Source: Acaryochloris marina MBIC11017
Lineage (GTDB): Bacteria; Cyanobacteriota; Cyanobacteriia; Thermosynechococcales; Thermosynechococcaceae
Direction: 5' to 3'
DNA length: 32,000 nucleotides
Assembly (NCBI RefSeq): GCF_000018105.1
Contig: NC_009925.1
Location: 6,330,001-6,362,000, forward strand
Part shown: piece by piece, positions 9,117 through 17,960 of the stretch
How positions within the stretch are numbered: the first letter of the stretch is position 1
Layout of the letters: each line of letters begins with the position of its first letter
The notes under the pieces: generated by a model
What the model saw: the letters and a program-made list of their open reading frames with translations, nothing else
Told to the model about the DNA's origin: nothing
Database searches by the model: none
Program-made: the position numbers and the translations under genes

Positions 9117-9476
9117 TATGTTTTTTTGAAAGAAAATATTTTACTCTGAAGCAACATGATTTATTCATTTCTAAATATTTTACCTTTAGCATTGGTACTA
9201 CTAACTTCTATCATTAAGCTGAAAATATTTGTTTCTTCCCACAAGTCTAACGACATCATGATTTTTATGTTGAAATAAACGAAAAATTATGTTGAAAGTA
9301 TGCCTTTCAATGCTTTCATGATATATAACAACTATCTATTGAGTTGATTAGAATGTGCTAAACCAAGAACAAGCTAACGATACATCCCTAACCAGTATCG
9401 ACTAGAATAAAGCTTCAAATATAACGAAATCTGTGTATGCTCGAGTGAAGAAAATTCGTTAGGGGAAAAGGGAGCT

Positions 9477-9962
9477 ATGAACATTGCAATAGGGGCTGAT
9501 TGCTATGGCTTTGACCTCAAGGAAGCCATTAAAGTTTATTTACTCTCCCAAAAACATGAGCTTCAAGATGTTGGTATCTCTGCTGGTGACAGTAAAACAC
9601 CTTATTATGAAACTGCATCATTGGTCGCCAATCTCGTTGGAACCCAGCAAGTGGAACGCGGAGTTCTGATTTGTGGTACGGGCATGGGGATGGCAATAGT
9701 AGCCAATAAGTTTCCAGGCGTTTATGCGGCAGTATGTGAGAATACCCACGCTGCCAAGAAGTCTCGCTCCATTAATAACTCTAATGTGCTTACGTTAGGA
9801 GGGATGTTCACGACCCCTATACTTGCACAGGATATTCTTGAAACTTGGCTGATGACAGGGTTCACTCAAGACTGGGAACCTGACATTCAAACTTGGTTAG
9901 AGCACTCCATGAAGGATATTGCTGAGTTGGAGATAGCTCAGTTCAAGGCACAGTTAAAGTGA
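9477..9962 (+). CDS. rpiB: RpiB/LacA/LacB-family sugar-phosphate isomerase
   Basis: 161 aa. Family signature GVLICGTGMGMAIVANKFPGVYAA and the right size. A GGGAG Shine-Dalgarno-like motif sits upstream of the ATG. Confidence 0.8.
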   Translation: MNIAIGADCYGFDLKEAIKVYLLSQKHELQDVGISAGDSKTPYYETASLVANLVGTQQVERGVLICGTGMGMAIVANKFPGVYAAVCENTHAAKKSRSINNSNVLTLGGMFTTPILAQDILETWLMTGFTQDWEPDIQTWLEHSMKDIAELEIAQFKAQLK

Positions 9963-10231
9963 TGTAGAGCGAGTCTAATGGGCCTAATCGTTGCGTAGAC
10001 ACAGCCGGAAGAAAGGTGTTATCGTGTAGCCTCAAGGCAATCGGCTAACCCATTCTACTTGTGAATTTTATCTGAGTCTGACTGCTAGCGGCATGGTGAA
10101 ACATTATCCAGGCGATGAATATGCTCACCAACGTCATGAATATCTTGAACTCAGAAAAATAATTCTGGATCTACCCAATTGAGCACTGGATATGCTGTTA
10201 TACCTGAAATTGCTCAAGAACTAAATCAAAT

Positions 10232-10816
10232 ATGAATATTGGATTTTTTAGGTACGACTACTATCTGATAGTTGATTTGGAGGCGACTTGTTGCAATACG
10301 TTTTCTATTCCGCATAAAGAAACGGAAACCATTGAAATTGGCGCCGTAATCATAGAGTCAGTAGGGTTAGAGATAATCGATGAATTTACGGTTTTTATTA
10401 AACCCATCAGACATCCGAACCTGACAGATTTTTGTACAGAGCTAACGACGATTAAGCAAACAGATCTTGAGGATGCACCTACGTTTCCACAAGCAGTCGG
10501 GACCTTCAAGCGTTGGTTTGAACAATACGAAAATTCTGTTTTTTGTTCATGGGGCGACTACGATAAAAATCAACTTGAACGGGAATCAAAGTATCATAAG
10601 ATTCCCTATCCCATGGGAGGGGAGCACTTCAACCTCAAGAAACAATTCTCTTTGGCATTAAGAACCAAAAAGCACTACGGTATGGCTAGAGCCTTAAAGA
10701 CGGTTGGTTAGTCCCTAGATGGTACGCATCATCGTGGCATTGATGATGCCAGAAATCTAGCTAAATTAATGCCGTTCATTATTGGGCGCAAGCGCATACC
10801 AAAGTTAGGCTCTTGA
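10232..10816 (+). pseudogene. DEDDh 3'-5' exonuclease (ERI-1/KapD-like) with an in-frame TAG
   Basis: ExoI motif LIVDLEATC and ExoII motif SWGDYD lie in ORF 10232..10711. The TAG at 10709..10711 is followed in the same frame by SLDGTHHRGIDDARNLAKL (ExoIII H-x4-D), ending at TGA 10814..10816. Confidence 0.8.
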
Positions 10817-10974
10817 ACCTAAGTTCGAATGAGGTAGCCATTTTCTACCCTTGCTTTGAGGGAGCTACGTACGACTTTGTATTTAGCTCAATCTCATGCA
10901 GTAAGAGCTGACAAAAGTTAAAAGTTAGATGTTTACACACTCCATAGGGGAGCGTCGTTAGGATATGCACTAAT

Positions 10975-11196
10975 TTAATATGAATAGAAGATTTTGCCAT
11001 CTAGTCTAAATAACTCTGTTTTAGGAACCTCTACATAGCTATTGCTCGCTCTAAAGTTACTATCAAGCAATTGAACCCTTTGAGTGCTTTGTTGTCTAAA
11101 AGCTTCAATAGAACAAAAATGAGAAGAACTTTGTGCGCTATCAACTAAACCAAGTTGATTATTCAATGATCTAATCCTAACGATAAATTTATTCAT
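10975..11196 (-). CDS. hypothetical small protein
   Basis: 73-aa ORF 83 nt downstream of, and co-oriented with, the FHA gene. No recognisable motif. Confidence 0.3.
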   Translation of the reverse strand: MNKFIVRIRSLNNQLGLVDSAQSSSHFCSIEAFRQQSTQRVQLLDSNFRASNSYVEVPKTELFRLDGKIFYSY

Positions 11197-11279
11197 TTTT
11201 ATGTAAAGGGTAATGAGTTTAAATTATTGATTTATAAAATCTTTGGAATTTCTTAGGCCCTAGAGGAGTAAGAGTTCTT

Positions 11280-11750
11280 TCAAGAGGCTCCCATCATGAT
11301 GGAAGTTGCATCCTGACTAGAAAGGAAAAGTTGATAATGAAGCAGAAGACGATGGTTATGAATTCTCTCTGGAGTGATATCTGTAAGGAAATCTAAAATA
11401 TCTGCTCCATTTATGTAGGTGAAATTCATCACTCCACCAAATGACAGCCGATCTTGGTTTTTAAGCAGCTTACACGTCGCAGGTTGATCATTGACCCTTA
11501 CTCCATTTCGACTTCGTTCACCATCGGAGTTTCCATCAATCAGTTGATATTGCTCTTTGGCATTACTCTGAACGCGGACTAGCTGAGCATGATGTCTGGA
11601 TACAGTATCTGAGAGCAAACAAATGTCATTATCAGGTTTTCTACCAATAGAGTAAAACCCTGTGCAGAGAAGGACTACATGCTGCTCTTTGGTTTCGGAC
11701 ACCAAGAAATGCTTCGCATACTGCAAGATATCTTCAAATGTTTGACTCAT
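11280..11750 (-). CDS. FHA domain-containing protein
   Basis: FHA core pattern: YSIGRKPDNDICLLSDTVSRHHAQL ... SRNGVRVN. Confidence 0.8.
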   Translation of the reverse strand: MSQTFEDILQYAKHFLVSETKEQHVVLLCTGFYSIGRKPDNDICLLSDTVSRHHAQLVRVQSNAKEQYQLIDGNSDGERSRNGVRVNDQPATCKLLKNQDRLSFGGVMNFTYINGADILDFLTDITPERIHNHRLLLHYQLFLSSQDATSIMMGAS

Positions 11751-12543
11751 AACTGTTTTGTTCTTTGTAAGTGACCAAAGACTTTGGCTAGGTGAGCTGG
11801 TAGATGATTGGGGAGTATGCCATTGATAATCAAAGTTATGGTTCTATCGGAATAGGGGATGCCGCTGAGTTTAGAAATAAACTTCAGGTATTTATTAAAA
11901 GTAAGATAGAGTGACTCCTATCAGAGTTAATGGAGAATATTTTCTCTATATCTAATAATAAATTTGAAAATACTCGATACAATCAGTGATATTACTTATT
12001 TATTTAACTTAATATAGAATCTTCCTATTGTGTAATTCTCAGATTTAGAAACTAATCGTTTGTATTTCTGAATATCTTCATTTCGATTATCTATAATTAG
12101 TAACACCTATATTATTGCATTTATATGCAGTTCTAAAACGAACGAAGTCTCATAGATATAGATCTGTATTAGAGCTTAAAATCGTTACCTTGTAGCTTCT
12201 ATAGGGATCTCTAGTCATCCAAATATGAGAGTTCTTCGATTGAATTAATAATATTGAAAGTTAGAATATTTTGAATAAGATTCAACTTTATCAATAAAAA
12301 TCTCGAAGAAATTGTATACCCTTGAATCTAATCCGTATTATTACTGAAAGCTAGGTTATTCAACATGGGTAGGTTAATACTATGAACCCAATATTTCAGA
12401 ATACATATATAGATGAAAGTTTAATCCTCATCTAAGAAAAATTCTACAGATGAGAATCAAGAGTATTTTGAAATTTCCAATGAATTCATAGAGTCCCCAA
12501 AATATTTGAACTAGTTATCAATTATTGACTCTGAGTGTTTGAA

Positions 12544-13023
12544 ATGAGAAATCTACAGTTATTAACCTATTTATTTAAGTGCAGAGAACGTAATTACAAC
12601 CAAGGCTTTACGCTTTTGGAATTGCTGGTAACAATTGTGATCTTGGCAGTACTTTCAGGAATTGCCTTGCCTTCTGTTCTAAATCAAACGCTTAAAGCAA
12701 GACAAGCAACTGCTCATAACTACATTGGCTCAGTCAATCGAGCACAGCAAGTATATCGTCTTGAGCGAGCAGCCTTTGCTAACTCTATGGCTCAATTGAG
12801 TATTGATCTACCTATGACGACCAATGAATACGCCTATTCATTTGGCGCAGCAAACTCTACTGTTGCTGAGTTTAGAGCTACGCCTCAAGATAATTCCCTG
12901 AGTGCTTTTACTGGGTGTACCCGTGCCAATATCGTAGTAGGAACATTAGCTACAACAGATTTTACGATTGTCGAGCAGTCAGCACCGGGAGGAGGTATTC
13001 CTGCTGCTCCTCCCAGTTGTTAG
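12544..13023 (+). CDS. type IV pilin-like (prepilin N-terminal methylation motif) protein
   Basis: Leader ending in G followed by FTLLELLVTIVILAVLSGIALP, then IGSVNRAQQVYRLE. The track ORF starts at GTG 12535; ATG 12544 is more likely. Confidence 0.8.
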   Translation: MRNLQLLTYLFKCRERNYNQGFTLLELLVTIVILAVLSGIALPSVLNQTLKARQATAHNYIGSVNRAQQVYRLERAAFANSMAQLSIDLPMTTNEYAYSFGAANSTVAEFRATPQDNSLSAFTGCTRANIVVGTLATTDFTIVEQSAPGGGIPAAPPSC

Positions 13024-13074
13024 CACGGTTGTAGCTGATATGCAGTCAGTGTGAATGACCGATCTGAAAACTTC

Positions 13075-13305
13075 TTAAACGGTATGATGCTCCTGCAACC
13101 ACTCCACCAGATCAGCAGTTTCCGTAAAGTCAAGCAATGCTTCACCCAATGCCTCAATCTGATCGAGGGACAGCGATTGGATCTGCGATCGTATCTGCGA
13201 TCGCATCTCAGGAGAAACGTCACCAATACGTCGGGTGAGCTGTCGGAGGATGAGAGATTGCCCCTCTTCCAGCATGGCTTCCAGGTAAACCTTCGTTCTT
13301 GGCAT
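13075..13305 (-). pseudogene. DUF4351-like C-terminal remnant of an Rpn-family nuclease/putative transposase
   Basis: 76 aa: EGQSLILRQLTRRIGDVSPEMRSQI..LSLDQIEALGEALLDFTETADLVEWL. In full-length proteins this domain is the C-terminal ~70 aa. Here the upstream part is replaced by transposase relics. Confidence 0.55.
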
Positions 13306-13353
13306 TCGCGTTATCCAATTCTGAATAAATATCTTGCTTCATCCTCCTGTAAT

Positions 13354-14313
13354 TCAAGCCTCATCAGTACTTAACTCAAGGCTGGAGTAGATATCAGGGG
13401 CCAAGCCTAGAAGTTCTAAGATTCTCTGTTGCAGTGAAGTTAACGGAGAGACATGCCCATATTCTTCGTCTTTTACGCCAAGGATGGTCAGAGATATGTC
13501 CTTAAACGCCCTTAGAATTCTTTCCGTAGTGGGTCGGGTAGTGGCGCGTTTTGGATTCCCCGGGAAGAGTCCAAACAATTTCTCCTTGTGTTGCTTTAAT
13601 CGACGTTGAACAACGAATTCAATTAACGTCAAGATCCGCAGTCCCAGACTCAGTAAATGCATCAATCCTTTGGCGTGGTCATCCCTTTGCACGAAGAGTG
13701 GAGACGCCCCGAGGGGATTACCTTTCAAGCGAGAGAATCCACTTTCTTGAATCCAAGCGTCCCGAACAGTCAAGACAGCTTCCTCAAATGACAACTCTTC
13801 AAGGGGAGCATTCGTGACGTAAACCCGCCAGCCAAAGCGTTGTTGTGTTGTCTCAACTGCGGCTTCTATGAGTGTAACTTGGGTGATTTGGTAGCGCTCT
13901 TTCTGTTGCTTTATCGCTGGGTGATACTCATAGCTATATTCAATCAATCCCTCAACGCGATGGGCTTTAAGGATGGCGTTAGCCTTCTGCTGAAGCTCTG
14001 AGAGGCTGCGAACTTGTCGCTTACCGCGTCCAACGGCAGGTGTCAGTGCGTTTAACTTTTGGGTTGCTCGTTTAAGTCGCTGCTCCAGACCCCGCTGTTG
14101 CTGTTGGGCATGAGCAGGAGAATGGACTAAAAATACTCGTTCGGTCCACTCTACTGTGTTGCCATCCGCTTGATGATGCTCCTGCTTTCTGGAAAACTCA
14201 TATCCCGTGGCAATTTCCTGGGGGTGTCCTTTCTCATCAAGACGATGAACTCTCAATAGAGGCGACCCGCTGGCAACTGCATTGATGAGTCCTTGTTCGA
14301 GTAACTCTGGCAC
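13354..14313 (-). pseudogene. IS4-superfamily (IS1634-like) transposase, C-terminal ~320 aa only
   Basis: Contains the Y-x2-R-x3-E-like box (VRDAWIQESGFSRLK) and the C-terminal tail ..TPLTSLQQRILELLGL. The N-terminal half, including the first catalytic Asp region, is missing. Confidence 0.65.
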
Positions 14314-14325
14314 TGAGATTGTGCG

Positions 14326-14700
14326 TCAACAAAGTGTGGGATAAGAAGCTAAGTCTCGCCATTGCCAAGGATGCTCCGTCAGCCCAGCACGTTGTGCAGC
14401 CGTATTCTTGAATCGAGAGTGGCACCATATCCAGTTGAAATAAGTCAGCACCAGTCTTAAGGTCACTGCACTCTGTTGCCAGACTTTGCCAAATTTGTTC
14501 TGTCGTCGATGCCATCGCCCAGTCTGTTGACGCACTATTGGGCATCCACGAAACGGGCAAGACGATAGCGCACTCCAGATCGGCAAAGTCGCTCTCGCAA
14601 AGCCGTGCCTTTGCTCCGCTCCCTGCCTTTATTTGGGGATGCTGCATTATTGGAATTTTTGAGATGGGTGTGAGTTTTGGAGTTGGTATCAGGGATGCGA
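14326..14700 (-). pseudogene. relic of a second transposase (IS1-like C-terminus), frameshifted
   Basis: ORF 14326..14586 ends ..VLTYFNWIWCHSRFKNTAAQRAGLTEHPWQWRDL. This resembles the C-terminus of the IS1-family OrfB at 17961..18734 (..NWCRAHYSHGYQRTPAMVMGF..). The upstream part continues in another frame (14237..14740 track ORF). Confidence 0.45.
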
Positions 14701-14729
14701 TCTCCCTCATTAGTAAGTCCTTGACTCTT

Positions 14730-14995
14730 TCAGGATGCACTTAACAGGTAACCTAAACCTAGCCCTAAACCAGCAGAAGCATACAGGAAAAAACCTCGGA
14801 TAAAATAATTTAGTGTACTTTCTAAGTATTCTGCAGCGAGGTTTAAGGTCATCCAAAAACATAAAACCATAAACCATCCAATAAAAGGGTTAAAACCAAT
14901 CGAACTAGCTGTATGAATCGCAAGCATCGTCAGAAAACTACCGAAACAAAATAAACCCACTCTTAACTTTTTCAACCAAGCGACATCACTTAAAG
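14730..14995 (-). pseudogene. small multi-TM membrane protein gene, 3' part (interrupted by the IS50-like element)
   Basis: Track ORF 14730..15059. Its first 21 codons (MENNSLQSQWGKRSRIYREKS) lie inside the IS50-like left end. Host sequence starts at ALSDVAWLKKLRVGLFCFGSFLTMLAI... with three hydrophobic helices. The frame continues across the IS into 16526..16593. Confidence 0.6.
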
Positions 14996-16525
14996 CTGAC
15001 TTTTCACGGTAAATTCTAGAGCGCTTTCCCCATTGCGATTGTAGGGAATTGTTCTCCATTCAGCTACGATGACCAAATCCTGAGTTTGGAGATGATTAGG
15101 ATGCAGACATGGTGGAAGAAGAATTTTGCTGAGTGTCAATTCAACGATGACCGAAGGTCGGTCGTAGACCATCAGCGCTTGACCCATCGAGCTCTCAAAA
15201 TTGGTCAAGCGATTAGTGCAAACTTCGGCCAAGCCCTGTTGAGCATTTTCAAGACTGCAACAGATCTCAAACGCTCTTATGAGTTTTCGCTAATGTGAAA
15301 ACCAACTTCTCTCAAATCATTACTCCTCATTGCCATGCAACTGCCCATGCCATCACCGAGGAAGAGATTACCTTGTGCGTGGGTGATACGAGCTTTTTAG
15401 ACTACGGAGGCATCAAGAAGAAGCGTCAAGGCTATGGTCCTCAAGGCAATGGGGGGAATGGCTTATTGCTCCACAGTGCCTTAGCTGTTGACCCCGAGCA
15501 AGGCCAACCATTGGGGTTGCTATGGCAAAAGGTATGGAATCGTCAGCATCGACCCCAGCCTCCGAAAAAGGAAACCCCTCGACAAAAGAAGAAGCGTCAG
15601 GCAAAGGCGCGACAAACTTCTCGGAACCGACCCTTTGAACAAAAGGCATCCTATCGGTGGGTCGAAGCGATGCAAGCCGTAGAAAAGATAGTGAGTCCTT
15701 CTACTCGTTCCATTCATGTGTTTGACCGAGAAGGAGATATTGCCGAAGTGTTTGAGCGGCTCAATCACCTCAACAACACAGGGGTTGTGGTTAGAGCCTC
15801 ACATAATCGTCGGCTTGAGCAAGACCCCAATCGACTGTGGAAAAAACTGGAAGCCCAAAGTATTCAATTCGAGTATGAAATTGACTTACCCAAAACGAAA
15901 GACCGGAGTGCACGTATAGCCAAGCTAGTGGTGCGCTGTTGTCTCGTCCAACTGCAGCGACCTACCCGTCTAGCTGATAGTCATCCCCTCCAGGTATACG
16001 CCGTCTATGCCACAGAAGTAGATCCCCCAGAGGATGAAGACCCAGTGTCATGGATGTTGCTCACGAGTGAAGCAGTCACCACTATGGAAATGGCTCAGAC
16101 CATTTTGCGCTGGTACACGTACAGGTGGAGAGTGGAGGAATATCACAAAATTCTCAAATCGGGGACTCAGGTGGAGCGGTATCGTTTGGCTGCTGAGGGG
16201 ATGAAAACCTTATTAGGATTCCTGTGTGTCACTGCTGTAGAACTGTTACGCTGGACCTACTTAGAACGCACATCCCCTCAACGGCCTGCTCAAGATGTCG
16301 TCACACCTTTACAGATTAAAGTTCTCAGAGCGAAGACATCGAAGGTTCCCAAAAACCTCACGGTTGCATGGGCAGTGAAAGCAGTTGCACGACTTGGAGG
16401 ATATCTGGAGCATCGTCGCAACACACCGATGGGGATTCAAGTGCTTTGGAAAGGATGGGCTAAGTTAAATCTCCTAGTCGAGGGCTGGCAGTTAGCGACC
16501 CAGGAGACTTAGCGGGAAAAGTCAG
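14996..16525 (+). mobile_element. IS4-family, IS50/Tn5-like insertion sequence, 1530 bp
   Basis: Ends CTGACTTTTCACGGTAAAT (14996..) and, as reverse complement at the right end, CTGACTTTTCCCGCTAAGT (..16525). Perfect 9-bp TSD CACTTAAAG at 14987..14995 and 16526..16534. The CTGACT terminus, 9-bp TSD and ~1.5 kb size match IS50. Confidence 0.9.
15086..16512 (+). pseudogene. Tn5-like transposase with a frameshift near codon 70
   Basis: The N-terminal DNA-binding part (15086..15298, ..WWKKNFAECQFNDDRRS..) and the catalytic part (15295..16512, ..YTYRWRVEEYHKILKSG..) are in different frames. The join ..YEFSLM* / VKTNFSQIITPH suggests a 1-nt loss in CTAATGTG. Confidence 0.85.
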
Positions 16526-16593
16526 CACTTAAAGTTGGTAGTGAAATACACCCAACCAATGCAGCAATTCCTGTTAACTCCACTATTCCAAAC

Positions 16594-17652
16594 GGCTTTG
16601 TTGCATGAATCGCGTAAAGGCTAGATGAATTGCCTCTCCTCGTTATTCTTAAGCTTCAACCCAAACAGTCTCGGGTTTGGCGATCTGAATCATTCGATTG
16701 AGTGCCGCACACTGCAGGAGTAACTCTGTGGCTTGATTATCAAAGTTACGGGAACGTACCTGACCCCCAAAGATAGTTTTGAAGCGAAACATCGTCGTTT
16801 CAGCTAGAGACCGCCGATGATAGTGGGCTTGTTTTTTCCACCTCTTTCGTCCCTGTTTTCGGATGGCTCTGAGATTTTGATCTCGTGGATGGGGTGGAGC
16901 ATTGCAGTTTCCATGTTGCCAAATTTTGGCATTCTTCCTTGGGGGAATTGCAGCTGTGGCATTGCGCTCCATGAGGGCATCATAGCAATGACTTTGGTCA
17001 TAGGCTCCGTCAGCAGAGACCTGTTCAATCTCATCGTCGATGCCTTCAAGGAGATCTTCAAACACTTCACCATCCTGAACGTCATTGGTTGTCACGACAC
17101 CCGTGAGAATTTCTCCAGTGGACTCATCAACACTCAAGTGAAGTTTACGCCACGTCCGACGTTTGCTCACACCATGTTGCCTGGTTTTCCACTCTCCTTC
17201 ACCATAGACTTTGACCCCTGTGCTATCGATAACGACGTGAATGGCACCTTGCTTAGGTATAACGGGCAATGAAATCGATAGCTGACCTTTCCGCCGAGAG
17301 ACGGTGCTGTGGTCACAAACGGGAAGCTCAATTCCCATCAACTCAAACAATGAATTTAGAAATCCTTCGGTTTGACGCCCTGCTAAACCATAGATACATT
17401 TGACGGTCTCGAAGGTGGAGATTGCTGTATCGCTATAGGTCAGAGAGGCTCCCCGCTTTTGTCTCGGTGTGGTTTCTAGCCAATGAACGATAGCTGATTG
17501 TTCGAGCCAGAAGGTCACACTTCCCCGCTGTTTGAGACCAGCGTTATACTCGGACCAGTTGCGGATTTGGTAACTCATGGGCTAGCGGTTTTTGGTGGTA
17601 CATAAACTCTAGCCCGCGCCTAATCCGCAGCACCTATTCATGCAACAACGCC
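16594..17652 (-). mobile_element. IS5-family, IS903-group insertion sequence, 1059 bp
   Basis: Inverted repeats GGCTTTGTTGCATGAAT (16594..16610) and ATTCATGCAACAACGCC (17636..17652), 16/17; these begin like the IS903 inverted repeat GGCTTTGTTGAATAAATC. 9-bp TSD ATTCCAAAC (16585..16593) versus ATTCCAAAA (17653..17661), 8/9. Confidence 0.9.
16649..17578 (-). CDS. IS903-group (IS5-family) transposase
   Basis: 309 aa. The N-terminus YQIRNWSEYNAGLKQRGSVTFWL is typical of IS903-like transposases. DDE core intact. Confidence 0.9.
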   Translation of the reverse strand: MSYQIRNWSEYNAGLKQRGSVTFWLEQSAIVHWLETTPRQKRGASLTYSDTAISTFETVKCIYGLAGRQTEGFLNSLFELMGIELPVCDHSTVSRRKGQLSISLPVIPKQGAIHVVIDSTGVKVYGEGEWKTRQHGVSKRRTWRKLHLSVDESTGEILTGVVTTNDVQDGEVFEDLLEGIDDEIEQVSADGAYDQSHCYDALMERNATAAIPPRKNAKIWQHGNCNAPPHPRDQNLRAIRKQGRKRWKKQAHYHRRSLAETTMFRFKTIFGGQVRSRNFDNQATELLLQCAALNRMIQIAKPETVWVEA

Positions 17653-17739
17653 ATTCCAAAACCATAAAGGTGCCAGGTGATAGCCTAATACCATGCCACC
17701 AATGGAGTTAACCAATAGCCATACAATGATGCTGCTCAT
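17653..17739 (-). pseudogene. 5' fragment of a small TM ORF upstream of the IS903-like insertion
   Basis: ATG at 17739..17737 opens MSSIIVWLLVNSIGGMVLGYHLAPLWFW. After IS removal this frame runs 48 codons and stops at a TGA spanning the IS50 TSD. The main membrane ORF is in the +1 frame. Confidence 0.3.
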
Positions 17740-17766
17740 AGTTGATAATTTGAATCTTTAAGACTA

Positions 17767-17948
17767 CTAAAGCAGCCCCTCATTCTCTGCCCCGATCCGA
17801 GCCTGCTTTCTTAGCCATGCGGTTCGCTCCCCTTTGCCTGGATACCTTTGAGGTAATGCATCATAGACGCTCATCTCTAAGCGCACGCCTATCGTTTTGG
17901 AAAATTCTTCTTCAGTATTGTCCTCTCTGGGAATGGGTTTGATATAAT
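17767..17948 (-). other. remnant small ORF downstream of the histidine phosphatase gene (doubtful)
   Basis: Track ORF 17767..17976 takes its first 9 codons from the IS1 inverted repeat. In the healed sequence the frame is preceded by TGA TAA, and only an internal ATG (MSVYDALPQRYPGKGERTAWLRKQARIGAENEGLL) remains. Confidence 0.2.
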
Positions 17949-17960
17949 GGCACTGTTCAG

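Noticed and set aside
9970-10060. Possible long stem (AATGGG..CCCATT) downstream of rpiB as a terminator or riboswitch-like element
   Set aside because: Only 6 bp pair cleanly, the interior does not fold convincingly by eye, and there is no U-tract.
10093-10182. 29-codon ORF MVKHYPGDEYAHQRHEYLELRKIILDLPN between rpiB and the exonuclease
   Set aside because: It is short with no ribosome-binding context or motif. It cannot be supported from sequence alone.
10709-10711. In-frame TAG in the exonuclease, and in-frame TGA at 19865..19867 in tnpA, as programmed recoding (pyrrolysine, selenocysteine or readthrough)
   Set aside because: The TGA replaces a conserved Arg (CGA-like) rather than a Cys/Sec position, and the same gene also has a frameshift. 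The window is full of other pseudogenes, and I saw no obvious SECIS-like hairpin immediately downstream. Simple nonsense mutations are the economical explanation.
10817-10835. GTTCGAAT, resembling a tRNA T-loop
   Set aside because: The flanks do not form a T-stem, acceptor stem or anticodon arm. No tRNA-like cloverleaf can be drawn.
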